A stretch of 64,000 bases of DNA from a virus. Positions 39,695-48,423 of the stretch are shown piece by piece; the stretch's first letter is position 1; every line of letters starts with the position of its first letter. Location of the stretch: positions 83,645 to 147,644 of the IMG/VR virus record IMGVR_UViG_3300028883_000033; one strand, written 5' to 3'. Below the pieces are notes generated by a model that did not search any database, had not been told where the DNA came from, and was given only the letters and a program-made list of their open reading frames with translations. A program made the translations under genes and the position numbers.

Positions 39695-39725
39695 TATTTA
39701 TACGCGAACTGCGTTAAAAATTCAA
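39695..39725 (-). promoter_or_regulatory. composite sigma70/late promoter of tmRNA
   Basis: TTGAAT-N17-TATAAATA. Confidence 0.7.
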
Positions 39726-39730
39726 CAGGT

Positions 39731-40087
39731 TCAATATCCGTTGTGGAGGCAAGCTGCTATTTCCTGTATAGCCTCTTCCTCGGCCGCTTCTAGTGAGATT
39801 GGGTCCTCACGGTAAGCATCACGGACGATTCGCTGCATGTCAATATACGTAGCTCGTTTGATCCCTTTTAGGGAATAAGATTCCTTCCAATCCCGTTCAA
39901 GAACTTGTAGAGCCTTTTCTAGTGGAATCTTATCGCGGTATTGTTGTGTGAACAGTACAGCATCTCCTTTGGCGAAACATGCAGGAGGGATGATAATGTT
40001 TCCGTTTTCATCCGTAGGGTACGCAAATACTGTTGAGGTTATTAGCAGTAAACTAGCTAGCGTCCAAATCTTCACTGTACTCTCCAA
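39731..40087 (-). CDS. secreted hypothetical protein
   Basis: Signal peptide ending VFA; start uncertain. Confidence 0.65.
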   Translation of the reverse strand: MESTVKIWTLASLLLITSTVFAYPTDENGNIIIPPACFAKGDAVLFTQQYRDKIPLEKALQVLERDWKESYSLKGIKRATYIDMQRIVRDAYREDPISLEAAEEEAIQEIAACLHNGY

Positions 40088-40514
40088 TGATCTTAATCTT
40101 ACTTTTGAACTCAGGCAAAGACTCTAAGTCGATATCTTTTGCGTCGTATGATAATGTGACGTGGGGCTCATACAAATCAAAGTCATATGTAGCTCCGTGC
40201 TGCTGCATCAGTTTGTGGTGGCGTTGATACAATTGCGGACAAGAAAATTTCACAACAAGCGCATTCTTTTCGGGGCCAAATAAGTCTAGTCCTATTGGCG
40301 TACCTATAAATGGTTTTGTGTATTTTTCGATTGGTTGATAGTTTGGCAGGTGTTTTCTGCTATAGAGCAGGGTGGCATGCCAGTTATCATAATCACCAGC
40401 GACGCCAACCTTTTCGGCAAACTTCTTTAGTGCGTTGATTGTGCGTTTATCGAAACGGACCGCTGCGTAGGTCCCCGGTTCGCCCTCTTTCTCTATAACT
40501 TCGCTCAGTTTCAT
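40053..40514 (-). CDS. acb1: 2H phosphoesterase, Acb1 (T4 57B)-like anti-CBASS nuclease
   Basis: GTYAAVRF, WHATLLYSR, ALVVK, GATYDF..YEPHVTLSYD, EYSEDLD match the 57B/Acb1 pattern. Confidence 0.82.
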   Translation of the reverse strand: MKLSEVIEKEGEPGTYAAVRFDKRTINALKKFAEKVGVAGDYDNWHATLLYSRKHLPNYQPIEKYTKPFIGTPIGLDLFGPEKNALVVKFSCPQLYQRHHKLMQQHGATYDFDLYEPHVTLSYDAKDIDLESLPEFKSKIKIIGEYSEDLDAS

Positions 40515-40662
40515 GTTCTATCCATTTTGATGCGGCCTTCCAAGTACCGAATGTTTGTTCTTTATTATTTACAGTGGCTTTAATTTCGCCGTTTTGTTTT
40601 TCCATGATAAAGAACAGTGCTCCCTTGCACCATCCAGAACTTGCAGTCAATGTCACTACCAT
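40447..40662 (-). CDS. hypothetical protein
   Basis: Fills the DHFR-acb1 gap but overlaps acb1 by 68 nt. Confidence 0.4.
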   Translation of the reverse strand: MVVTLTASSGWCKGALFFIMEKQNGEIKATVNNKEQTFGTWKAASKWIEHETERSYRERGRTGDLRSGPFR

Positions 40663-41192
40663 CTTCTCCTTTTGTATGTTACAAATTTGAGACCATCGCC
40701 GAGTTTTCCATCAACGATAGCAAACTTTTCGAGTGTTTTGATGGGAAAGAACCTATCACAATCATAATCACCGTCCATGATGGTCATGTGTATAGTTTCA
40801 GTCCAGGCCAGGGCCTCTATGAACAGCTTCTCTCCGCCGAGAACAAATACGGGGCGGTGATCATTTCCGTCAAGAGATTGAACAGCGGCACGCAGCCCAT
40901 TAACTACGGTTGCGCCAGGTGCTTCAAACTCGTTATTACTTGTAACGACAAATGATTGTCGGCCAGGAAGGATCTCTTTAATATTGTCCTTATCTTTTTT
41001 CATGGCCAGCATATCCTCGTAGGTCTTACGACCCATAACACAAGGATGTCCTTTGGTGACCTCTTTAAAGTGTGCAAAATCTTCCTTGCTGTGCCAAGGA
41101 ATCTTTCCATCTTTACCAAAACCACCGGACTCATCAACAGCAACAATGATTGCCATTGGCCTCATATTTTCTCTAAAGCTCATATATATCAC
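40656..41192 (-). CDS. frd: dihydrofolate reductase
   Basis: IPW..ED..HFK..T, VMGRKTY, LPGR, VLGG, CDRFFP. Confidence 0.95.
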   Translation of the reverse strand: MIYMSFRENMRPMAIIVAVDESGGFGKDGKIPWHSKEDFAHFKEVTKGHPCVMGRKTYEDMLAMKKDKDNIKEILPGRQSFVVTSNNEFEAPGATVVNGLRAAVQSLDGNDHRPVFVLGGEKLFIEALAWTETIHMTIMDGDYDCDRFFPIKTLEKFAIVDGKLGDGLKFVTYKRRRW

Positions 41193-41659
41193 CCATAGCG
41201 GTACTCTTGATTTCTCAGATTAATTTCAAAGAGTTCGCGTTCATAATCCCATTCTGTGTCTGGCGTAAGGTCAACAAAGATTCGGCTAAACATGTACCCA
41301 TAGAACCTCCGCTCGAATCCTCTATACGGATGCGCGAATGTGAACGTCATATCAGTATTTTCGATATGCAACTGTTGCCTCTGCCGCCTCGGTTTGACGG
41401 TGAACCCCTCTTGGGTTAGAACATTGTACATTGGGCGGATAGCATATAACTCGGTTGCAATATCAGTCTGGCCGATGTATAGATAGTGGTTACCATGATC
41501 CCCTTGAAGCACCTCGTGGATCATGCGTATAAACACACCGAACGTATTACCAGCACCACGAACCCACTTATACCTGCCCTCTATCACCGCATGGAGGCGA
41601 TCGATATCCATCTTGCGGTCAAGCCACAGTTCCTCGAAAGAGTGTGTTTGTGGTAGCAT
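41189..41659 (-). CDS. hypothetical protein
   Basis: 156 aa, coupled to neighbours. Confidence 0.7.
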   Translation of the reverse strand: MLPQTHSFEELWLDRKMDIDRLHAVIEGRYKWVRGAGNTFGVFIRMIHEVLQGDHGNHYLYIGQTDIATELYAIRPMYNVLTQEGFTVKPRRQRQQLHIENTDMTFTFAHPYRGFERRFYGYMFSRIFVDLTPDTEWDYERELFEINLRNQEYRYG

Positions 41660-42009
41660 TACATTACAAAATCGATGGTTAAATCACCATCATCTTCAAT
41701 TTCGTAGTGGAGCGTTGTTGTGTTAAGACAGTGGCGCTGTTTATATACAACATCCATTACATATTTTCCGTTACTCATATCGGATGCTTTGTTGTTGCGG
41801 CCATCGCAGCGAACGTCCCATTGTTCGATTTTACCTTCATCAGCAAGCTCCATCATGTAGTCTTCAATAAACTCCACAAACGAATCGCGCTGAACATCGC
41901 TACTCCAGTTGACGCCGGTTTCGGTCATTCCCTCGACAACAATTTCGTGGACCTCCGCTAGCAGTGATTTGCTATTCACTGCTTTGCTCGTGAGCTTCCA
42001 GTTTATCAT
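41659..42009 (-). CDS. hypothetical protein
   Basis: 116 aa; VRCDGRNN is reminiscent of the tail-sheath C-terminal domain. Confidence 0.65.
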   Translation of the reverse strand: MINWKLTSKAVNSKSLLAEVHEIVVEGMTETGVNWSSDVQRDSFVEFIEDYMMELADEGKIEQWDVRCDGRNNKASDMSNGKYVMDVVYKQRHCLNTTTLHYEIEDDGDLTIDFVM

Positions 42010-42986
42010 ACAGCAACCTCCATTTTAATTGTTGGGTGGTAGTTATCATAGCCAACAATCTCGATGTCTTCAAAGGTGAAATCATCAATCTCTTCGACTT
42101 TGGGATTCAGTCTTAGGGTTGGTGATGGATATGGCGTCCGATCGAGTTGTTCATACAATTGTTCGCGGTGGTTATTGTAGATATGAACATCGCCACCAGT
42201 CCATACAAATTCAGTTGCTACATGATTAGTCACATGAGCAATCATGTGTGTTAGTATGCTGTACTGAACTATATTGAAAGGAACTCCCAGACCAACATCG
42301 CAGCTTCGTTGGTAGAGATGACATTTTAGGCCACGCGTTGGGATGTTGTAGTTATCCAACAACTTTTCTACCTTATAGAATCCAGTATGGTCGGGATCAA
42401 TAGTAGGAAACCGCTCTCTCATTACGGTTTTCCGCTGTTCCAATGTTAATTCAGCGGACCAGAACTGAAATGCCATATGGCACGGCGGAAGTGCCATTTC
42501 ATCAAGTTCACCGACGTTCCAGGCGTTGACTATGATACGCCGATCATCAGGATTGTTTCTTAGTTGATCGATAATCTTTGCAATTTGATCAATCTCATCC
42601 CAATGAATTAATGCTCGCGAAGGATCATATGTGTAATCAACGTAAGCGTATTGAGGGGTTTTCCAACGCCGCCACTGAGCACCATATACTGGCCCCAGTT
42701 CACCATCTTCATTAGCCCATTCGTCCCAGATAGTAACGTTATTGTCATTGAGGTACTTAATGTTCGTGTCGCCGCGAAGGTACCATAAAATCTCGTAGAT
42801 GATACTTCGTGTGTGCATCTTTTTGGTGGTGAGGAGGGGAATGCTACCGCCGCCAAGATCGAACCGCATTTGTTGTGCGAATGTGCTTAGAGTTCCAGTT
42901 CCAGTACGGTCTGTCTTTTCAGTACCGAACATCAACACATTATCTACAAGTCTGAGATATTCGTTGTCGTGATATTTTTCACTCAT
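42006..42986 (-). CDS. thyA: thymidylate synthase ThyA
   Basis: [48 protein letters not shown]; no intron. Confidence 0.98.
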   Translation of the reverse strand: MSEKYHDNEYLRLVDNVLMFGTEKTDRTGTGTLSTFAQQMRFDLGGGSIPLLTTKKMHTRSIIYEILWYLRGDTNIKYLNDNNVTIWDEWANEDGELGPVYGAQWRRWKTPQYAYVDYTYDPSRALIHWDEIDQIAKIIDQLRNNPDDRRIIVNAWNVGELDEMALPPCHMAFQFWSAELTLEQRKTVMRERFPTIDPDHTGFYKVEKLLDNYNIPTRGLKCHLYQRSCDVGLGVPFNIVQYSILTHMIAHVTNHVATEFVWTGGDVHIYNNHREQLYEQLDRTPYPSPTLRLNPKVEEIDDFTFEDIEIVGYDNYHPTIKMEVAV

Positions 42987-43263
42987 TTTTCATCTTCCCC
43001 TTCTCTACAGCTTTCTTTATTTCTTCCAACAATCGCTCACTCGTCGGTGGCGCTTGTGAATGGTGTATTTCATATAATTCGTCCAATCGAACCCATCGTC
43101 TCATTGGATCGTTAAGATTAGTTGATCTAACCTCAAAAAGCAAATTTTCTTTGCGGCGCGAAGTAACTTTACTGGCCGTCCTCCCGGTCAGCATCACTTC
43201 CTTCTTCTCCAAGAGAAATATTCTCTTTCGGAGCTGTTCCATCGTTATCTGATTTTGGCTCAT
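42979..43263 (-). CDS. hypothetical protein (paralog of 43169-43459)
   Basis: EVMLTGRTA...[10 protein letters not shown]. Confidence 0.75.
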   Translation of the reverse strand: MSQNQITMEQLRKRIFLLEKKEVMLTGRTASKVTSRRKENLLFEVRSTNLNDPMRRWVRLDELYEIHHSQAPPTSERLLEEIKKAVEKGKMKNE

Positions 43264-43459
43264 CTACTATTTCATAAAGCTCGTCTTTACGAACCCACTT
43301 TTTCCATGAACCATCTTCGTTGTTGGTAGGCGTAATCTCATACAAGATATCTATGCGTCTTACGGTTCGCCCGCTCCTGGTGGCCACAGAATTTCCTTCC
43401 TTCCTGGCCGTTCGTCCGGTCATCATGACCTCAGAACCATTCCACACATATGCCGTCAT
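43169..43459 (-). CDS. hypothetical protein (paralog of 42979-43263)
   Basis: EVMMTGRTA...WVRKDELYEI. Confidence 0.75.
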   Translation of the reverse strand: MTAYVWNGSEVMMTGRTARKEGNSVATRSGRTVRRIDILYEITPTNNEDGSWKKWVRKDELYEIVDEPKSDNDGTAPKENISLGEEGSDADREDGQ

Positions 43460-44286
43460 AACATCCCCTCAATATATCTACGGTCTTTGGTGAATATTGG
43501 GATTTCTTCATCAATCACAATACGGCTTCGTTCGACAGTCTCAACATCTGTTACAAGCGATTGATCGCCATCAACGTACCTCCAATCAGTCGCAATGAGT
43601 TCTGTTTTGCGAACAACACAAGTTCCACGCTTCTTCCAAGTATCCATATCATTCCAGTTCACGCCCTTTTCCAACATGAGCATGTCTTGAATCTGACTAT
43701 TGTTTTTCTTGTGAAGTTCCTTGTGTGAGAAATACTCACGACCCAGCATTTGGACGCTATTGCGGGAGGCGTCTTGTTGGCGCCAGATGAAGTAGTTAAC
43801 CACCTCCTCTCGAGGAATGTTGAAAACCCGCGCGTCGAAGAATGCTGTTTCGTGAAGGAAATTTACTTGACTTTCGGCGTGACTGTCGCAGTGCGTATGA
43901 TACAGCGCGTTGAAATACCCAGTAGCCAAGCTGGCAGATACTGATGCCATTTTCTGAACCGCACCGCCGAACCATTGATCGGTTTCTAACGTTTTCCAGT
44001 CATTCAATAGAATAGAAATTTCGTCAGACTGTGTGTATCCGAGTACGGCGTTCTGTACGCTGCTGCAGAGTAGCTCGGTTGTTCCGACCATCAGCTCGTG
44101 CATCGTGTCGTTGAACGATCCGTGGAACCGTTTGGTGAACGTGTGGAAAGCCTTCCCGTCGATCCTAATAATGACAGGAGTTCGACGAAGCAATTTAGTC
44201 TTTGAAGTCGCTTCGTATTGTTTCATACGATCGCCAAGAGTTGTCTTATCCACCCAGGAATCTCCTAAACCATGATTTCTTTGCAA
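43456..44286 (-). CDS. Thg1-like tRNA(His) guanylyltransferase / 3'-5' polymerase
   Basis: IRIDGKAFHTFT, YTQSDEISI, FDARVF, YFIWRQQDA.RNS, KRG; start may be downstream. Confidence 0.95.
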   Translation of the reverse strand: MQRNHGLGDSWVDKTTLGDRMKQYEATSKTKLLRRTPVIIRIDGKAFHTFTKRFHGSFNDTMHELMVGTTELLCSSVQNAVLGYTQSDEISILLNDWKTLETDQWFGGAVQKMASVSASLATGYFNALYHTHCDSHAESQVNFLHETAFFDARVFNIPREEVVNYFIWRQQDASRNSVQMLGREYFSHKELHKKNNSQIQDMLMLEKGVNWNDMDTWKKRGTCVVRKTELIATDWRYVDGDQSLVTDVETVERSRIVIDEEIPIFTKDRRYIEGML

Positions 44287-44512
44287 TGTCGCTCATGACA
44301 CCTTCACTGATCTGAATACCTCTCCGTTCCCCCTGAATCGTACTCAGTATAAGTTGATGGAATTCTTCTGGAACGTTGGACAGGTCAAATGTAGCTTCGA
44401 CGGTACCGAGAACCGTGCTACCATATCTGATAGTGTAATGGTCCTGACTAACCAACTTGGGTTCGGTTTCGACGACGAATTGTTCCGTTTCGTCTGTGCT
44501 GATGTTAATCAT
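44246..44512 (-). CDS. hypothetical protein
   Basis: 88 aa, ATGA overlap, amphipathic C-terminus WFRRFLGG. Confidence 0.65.
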   Translation of the reverse strand: MINISTDETEQFVVETEPKLVSQDHYTIRYGSTVLGTVEATFDLSNVPEEFHQLILSTIQGERRGIQISEGVMSDIAKKSWFRRFLGG

Positions 44513-45039
44513 CTCGCTAACCCATAATTGTTTAATCGGCAGATCAATTCAAACTGCCACTTGGAAATATCTTTACGGACAACCTGTGGAATCAAGTTAA
44601 CCAGATAGCTTTTGTCCTCAAACATGACATATCCCCTTTCGCGCAACTCCTCAGTTGCATTCGGCCCTCCCTCGCGGATCTGTTTTGCACCTTCGTAGAT
44701 GTATTCAGGAAGGATGATGCTGACGGTAGTAATGGCGCCGTCGAGTGAGGCTTCTTCTTCGGAGAAAGGAGCGAATGGGTAGGGGTTTTCGTCGTCGTTG
44801 AAAAATTTAACGAGGTCATGGATCTCAGATCCAAATCCCGCGTTAAGGAGAATCATTGTTTTGTGATTACTGGCCCATTCGGTTAGCATGCGATACGCGC
44901 TTGATGACTCATCACATTCTTCGTCAGTATAGAATGGTTGATATTTGACGAACATGTCGGCGGTGGCGTGGGCAGCTTGAATCCCCTGTTGAATAGAGGA
45001 AAGGTACATGTTGCCGAAATAATAAGCGCGCAGATCCAT
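44509..45039 (-). CDS. PTH2-like peptidyl-tRNA hydrolase
   Basis: LSSIQQGIQAAHA...W...KTMILL...F.E..L....T pattern of the PTH2 fold. Confidence 0.65.
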   Translation of the reverse strand: MDLRAYYFGNMYLSSIQQGIQAAHATADMFVKYQPFYTDEECDESSSAYRMLTEWASNHKTMILLNAGFGSEIHDLVKFFNDDENPYPFAPFSEEEASLDGAITTVSIILPEYIYEGAKQIREGGPNATEELRERGYVMFEDKSYLVNLIPQVVRKDISKWQFELICRLNNYGLAR

Positions 45040-45071
45040 AGGATTCTCCCAAGAAGGTTAATGCGCTTATT

Positions 45072-45431
45072 TTACCGAATCGTAGCGTGTTCGTCAACCT
45101 CTACGGAATTGAGTTTATGCAGTCGTTTCCAGTGTTTGTACCCGATTTCGGTCATATATCCTAATAATGGGATAAGACCTATTCCAACAAACGCGACGGT
45201 GGAAGGGATCATATGAATCAGACCAGGCCATATGAATACTACAATAAATGTAACGATTGTGGCGACCGCGGTTACTAGAAACACAAGGATGTCAGATGTT
45301 CTTGCAGCCCCTCGTAGTTGTCTAGCTTCAACTATTATACGTCCAGTAATGAGAGCAATTCCACCTGCCCACACCCCCAGTGTGATAACCATATACGTTA
45401 TAATGCTAATTATTAGTGGATCCATGATCAC
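45072..45431 (-). CDS. three-TM membrane protein
   Basis: Three hydrophobic segments. Confidence 0.7.
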   Translation of the reverse strand: MIMDPLIISIITYMVITLGVWAGGIALITGRIIVEARQLRGAARTSDILVFLVTAVATIVTFIVVFIWPGLIHMIPSTVAFVGIGLIPLLGYMTEIGYKHWKRLHKLNSVEVDEHATIR

Positions 45432-45450
45432 CCCCTGAATTCATGACCTT

Positions 45451-45462
45451 TATTTATAAATA
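45451..45462. promoter_or_regulatory. palindromic bidirectional late promoter TATTTATAAATA
   Basis: Perfect palindrome giving TATAAATA on both strands between divergent genes. Confidence 0.7.
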
Positions 45463-45489
45463 TATAGCAACTTTCAGGGAGAATGAATA

Positions 45490-45897
45490 ATGGTTGAAAA
45501 CACCACAGCAAAAGAACGTCGTGGGATAATCCAGACGCTGGTAGATCCTAAAACACTGCCGACGTTGATTCCTATTCTCCTCGCAGTCGGTTCGGCCTTT
45601 ATGGTTCATGATCGGTCAATTAATACGTTGCAAGTTACGGTTCAGCAACATGAACGTATAATAGGCACCAACACAAACCGTGCTGAAACTGTACGTGATA
45701 TTCAAAGTCGACTTGGAATTCTGGAGAGTGCTATCTCTAACTTTGCTGCTGATCACCGCGAGTTTAGTGAAGAGATACGGGAATTGCATAAATTAACGAC
45801 CTCTCTACAACAGTCGGTAATGTTTGATGAACGTCAGGTTGGGGATATTCTCGTTCGTCTCCGAGCATTGGAAACAAAAGCGAACCACCATCCATAA
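45490..45897 (+). CDS. membrane-anchored coiled-coil protein
   Basis: One N-terminal TM segment then heptad repeats; GGAG SD. Confidence 0.7.
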   Translation: MVENTTAKERRGIIQTLVDPKTLPTLIPILLAVGSAFMVHDRSINTLQVTVQQHERIIGTNTNRAETVRDIQSRLGILESAISNFAADHREFSEEIRELHKLTTSLQQSVMFDERQVGDILVRLRALETKANHHP

Positions 45898-45925
45898 AAA
45901 AGGGCTGTTAAAACAGCCCTTTTTT
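45896..45925. terminator. bidirectional rho-independent terminator
   Basis: AAAAAAGGGCTGTT-AA-AACAGCCCTTTTTT between convergent genes. Confidence 0.85.
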
Positions 45926-45948
45926 AACCTTCGGCGAAAGGTTAGTGG

Positions 45949-46710
45949 TTATGCAACTCGCTGACAAGCCATAATCCAGGACTTGACGAGGTCGCCTCTT
46001 ACGATATCATGAACGTTAAATTCAATGCAGGAGAACTCCTCCATGTTCTCAAAGACCTGCATTGCAGTAGAAAGCCCTTCCTTGCCGAGTTTTTTCGAAC
46101 CGTCAAGGTCAGTTTGTTTTGTATCGCCGGTGAGAATGATGCGGGTGTTTTGACCAAGACGTGTCATGACGTTGTCAATCTCATGCATAGTCAAATTCTC
46201 TGCTTCATCCACAATTACGATAGCATTATCCCATGTCAATCCACGCAAGAATGATGTGCTGTGAAATTCGATCTTACCAGCTTCCTTCATGTCCTTATAC
46301 GTCGACGGGCGACCCATCAGTTCCCAAAGGATATCTTCGTAAGGTGCTTCGAATTGCATTAGCTTCTCTTCCAGCGTCCCAGGCAAGTGTCCGACTTCAC
46401 GTGTAGTGACTGCCGAACGAACAACAATGATGCGTTGGTAGCGCTGCGAAAGAACTTCCTCAAGGGCGAGGTAAAATGCTAGGAAAGTTTTGCCTGTGCC
46501 AGCTGACCCATGCGCGCATAGGTTGTAGCCGTTTATCCAGGCGTGGAAAAGGTCTTCTTGTGTGGGGGTTAGTGGTCTAATAGATTTCAGATCGTGCATA
46601 CTCCAATGTTTCCGTTGTGGGCCCTCCTGTTGTGCGACTCCGTTTAGACATAATGCTAATTCCAAGTGCTCGAGTTCGGCCTTGCGGCCAGTTCTACGCT
46701 TCTTTGGCAT
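45949..46710 (-). CDS. phoH: PhoH-family ATPase
   Basis: GSAGTGKT, GHLPG, FLRGLTW, VDEAEN, TRLG, GDTKQTD, DIVR; ATG 46710 with AGGAGG SD. Confidence 0.95.
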   Translation of the reverse strand: MPKKRRTGRKAELEHLELALCLNGVAQQEGPQRKHWSMHDLKSIRPLTPTQEDLFHAWINGYNLCAHGSAGTGKTFLAFYLALEEVLSQRYQRIIVVRSAVTTREVGHLPGTLEEKLMQFEAPYEDILWELMGRPSTYKDMKEAGKIEFHSTSFLRGLTWDNAIVIVDEAENLTMHEIDNVMTRLGQNTRIILTGDTKQTDLDGSKKLGKEGLSTAMQVFENMEEFSCIEFNVHDIVRGDLVKSWIMACQRVA

Positions 46711-46865
46711 AGAATTCCTCCTAGTTTTCAAAAAGCCGAAGGTACTACTACATTGCGTCTCACATTGCAGTAGTCTTGGTATTTAGCAGAAAAAGAGAGG
46801 GGGCGTTACCCTAAAGGTAACACCCCCTAAACACGCAGGATTTTCTGATGGTTTACGTTCTAATT

Positions 46866-48413
46866 TTAAGCATCGTCCAAGAATATATCGAACAGAGTTT
46901 CTTGATCCTGCATATCAAACACCGCTCTGGTTTTTCCTTCCGAATCAACCGACTCCAACTTAACATTATATCCCCACAGGTAGGCTAGAAAGTTCAGTGT
47001 GTCGACGGTTTGTTCCGGATTGAGCGGAATATTATTAACCATGAAGTGTCTGAGAGTCATGGTGCGATCGCCCCACCGGTCAACGTCTACCACCTGAATA
47101 TCAGGAATCATGTACCCGATGTTGTACTGCGTTGACAGGTCGTTGCGAATCCGTTTGTACCCCTGACGATTATGAATAGCAGCAACTTCCAGTTTTGGAT
47201 CATCTTCATCGTCGTGGATGTTGAATAGCTTAAAGTCACGAATGACCTTTGGTGTCAGGTATTGTTGGATAAAACTCTCATCCTTGAAATTAGCCCATGC
47301 GTGATGCAACGCGCTAACATAGTCGCCAGATCCAACCCATTCTTGATTGCCAAACCAGTCACGGTCTTCGTCTGTTGGGTTAGTAGCAACACGCTCAATA
47401 TCTTGCATCATTGCAAAACCGAGGGCATAGGGATTGATACCACTGTAACGAGGATCATCAAAGTCTGGTTGAAGGATTACGTTGGTGTGTGACACCAAGA
47501 ACTCTTTATATGCGCTATCGTCAATAATGCGTTCGTCATAAAGATCACGCATGATCTTGTAATGCACATATGTGGCACACCCTTCGTTCATTACCTTTGT
47601 TTGCATTTGTGGGTAAAAGTATTGACCCATCTTACGAACGATGCGAATGATTTCACGCTTCCAAGGTTCAAGACGAGGAGCATTCTTTTCAATAAAATAC
47701 AGAAGGTTTTCCTGAGGCTCTCTAGGAAACTTATCTGCGTTGTCATTGTCTGCTGATTCAGACTTCGTGCGTGGAATTGTATTCCAGATTTCATTAACCT
47801 GGGATTGAATATAAGCATCGCGCTCTTTGCGTTGCTTTTCCTCTTCAGCTGCAGACATGCGTGGTGGACGTTTGTACTTATCCACTCCATGGTGCTGCAG
47901 AGAGTGAGCTGCGTCAAGCACCGCTTCCACTTCATCAATACCATATCGCTCTTCACACTGACGGATGTACTTCTTGGCAAATGCAAGATAGTCGATAATG
48001 GCTTCAGCGTCAGTCCACTGCCTGAACAAGTAGTTGTTCTTGAAGAAGTGGTTGTGTCCAAAAGACGCATGTGCGATGACAAGCGTTTGCATCATCATCG
48101 TATTCTCTTCCATCAAGTAAGCAATGCATGGGTCGGAGTTGATAACAATTTCATATGCCAAGCCCATGTATCCACGTTTATATGATTCCAGCTGTTTGAC
48201 AAATGCCTCACCAAAAGACCAGTGAGCATACGACAATGGCATACCCACGCTAGTGTATGCGTCAAGCATCTGTTCAGAAGTAATCACTTCTAGCTGGTTG
48301 GGATAGAAGTTTAGACGGTACTTCTCGCGAGCTATACGGTCAATGTGACTGTATACCTCTTCTACGAGATCAAACGTCCAATCTTGCCCTGATGTTACAA
48401 TCGGTCTAGTCAT
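46866..48413 (-). CDS. ycgB: SpoVR/YcgB-family protein
   Basis: DWTF...YPNQLEVITSEQMLDAY..VGMP..Y.HWSFG...GLAYEIVINSDPCIAYLMEEN...QTKVMNEG; ATG 48413. Confidence 0.95.
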   Translation of the reverse strand: MTRPIVTSGQDWTFDLVEEVYSHIDRIAREKYRLNFYPNQLEVITSEQMLDAYTSVGMPLSYAHWSFGEAFVKQLESYKRGYMGLAYEIVINSDPCIAYLMEENTMMMQTLVIAHASFGHNHFFKNNYLFRQWTDAEAIIDYLAFAKKYIRQCEERYGIDEVEAVLDAAHSLQHHGVDKYKRPPRMSAAEEEKQRKERDAYIQSQVNEIWNTIPRTKSESADNDNADKFPREPQENLLYFIEKNAPRLEPWKREIIRIVRKMGQYFYPQMQTKVMNEGCATYVHYKIMRDLYDERIIDDSAYKEFLVSHTNVILQPDFDDPRYSGINPYALGFAMMQDIERVATNPTDEDRDWFGNQEWVGSGDYVSALHHAWANFKDESFIQQYLTPKVIRDFKLFNIHDDEDDPKLEVAAIHNRQGYKRIRNDLSTQYNIGYMIPDIQVVDVDRWGDRTMTLRHFMVNNIPLNPEQTVDTLNFLAYLWGYNVKLESVDSEGKTRAVFDMQDQETLFDIFLDDA

Positions 48414-48423
48414 GCTTTCTCCG

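Noticed and set aside
22421-42986. Group I introns or inteins in nrdA, nrdB, topoisomerase or thyA
   Set aside because: All are continuous and of normal length. The thyA insert is a short in-frame loop without intein motifs.
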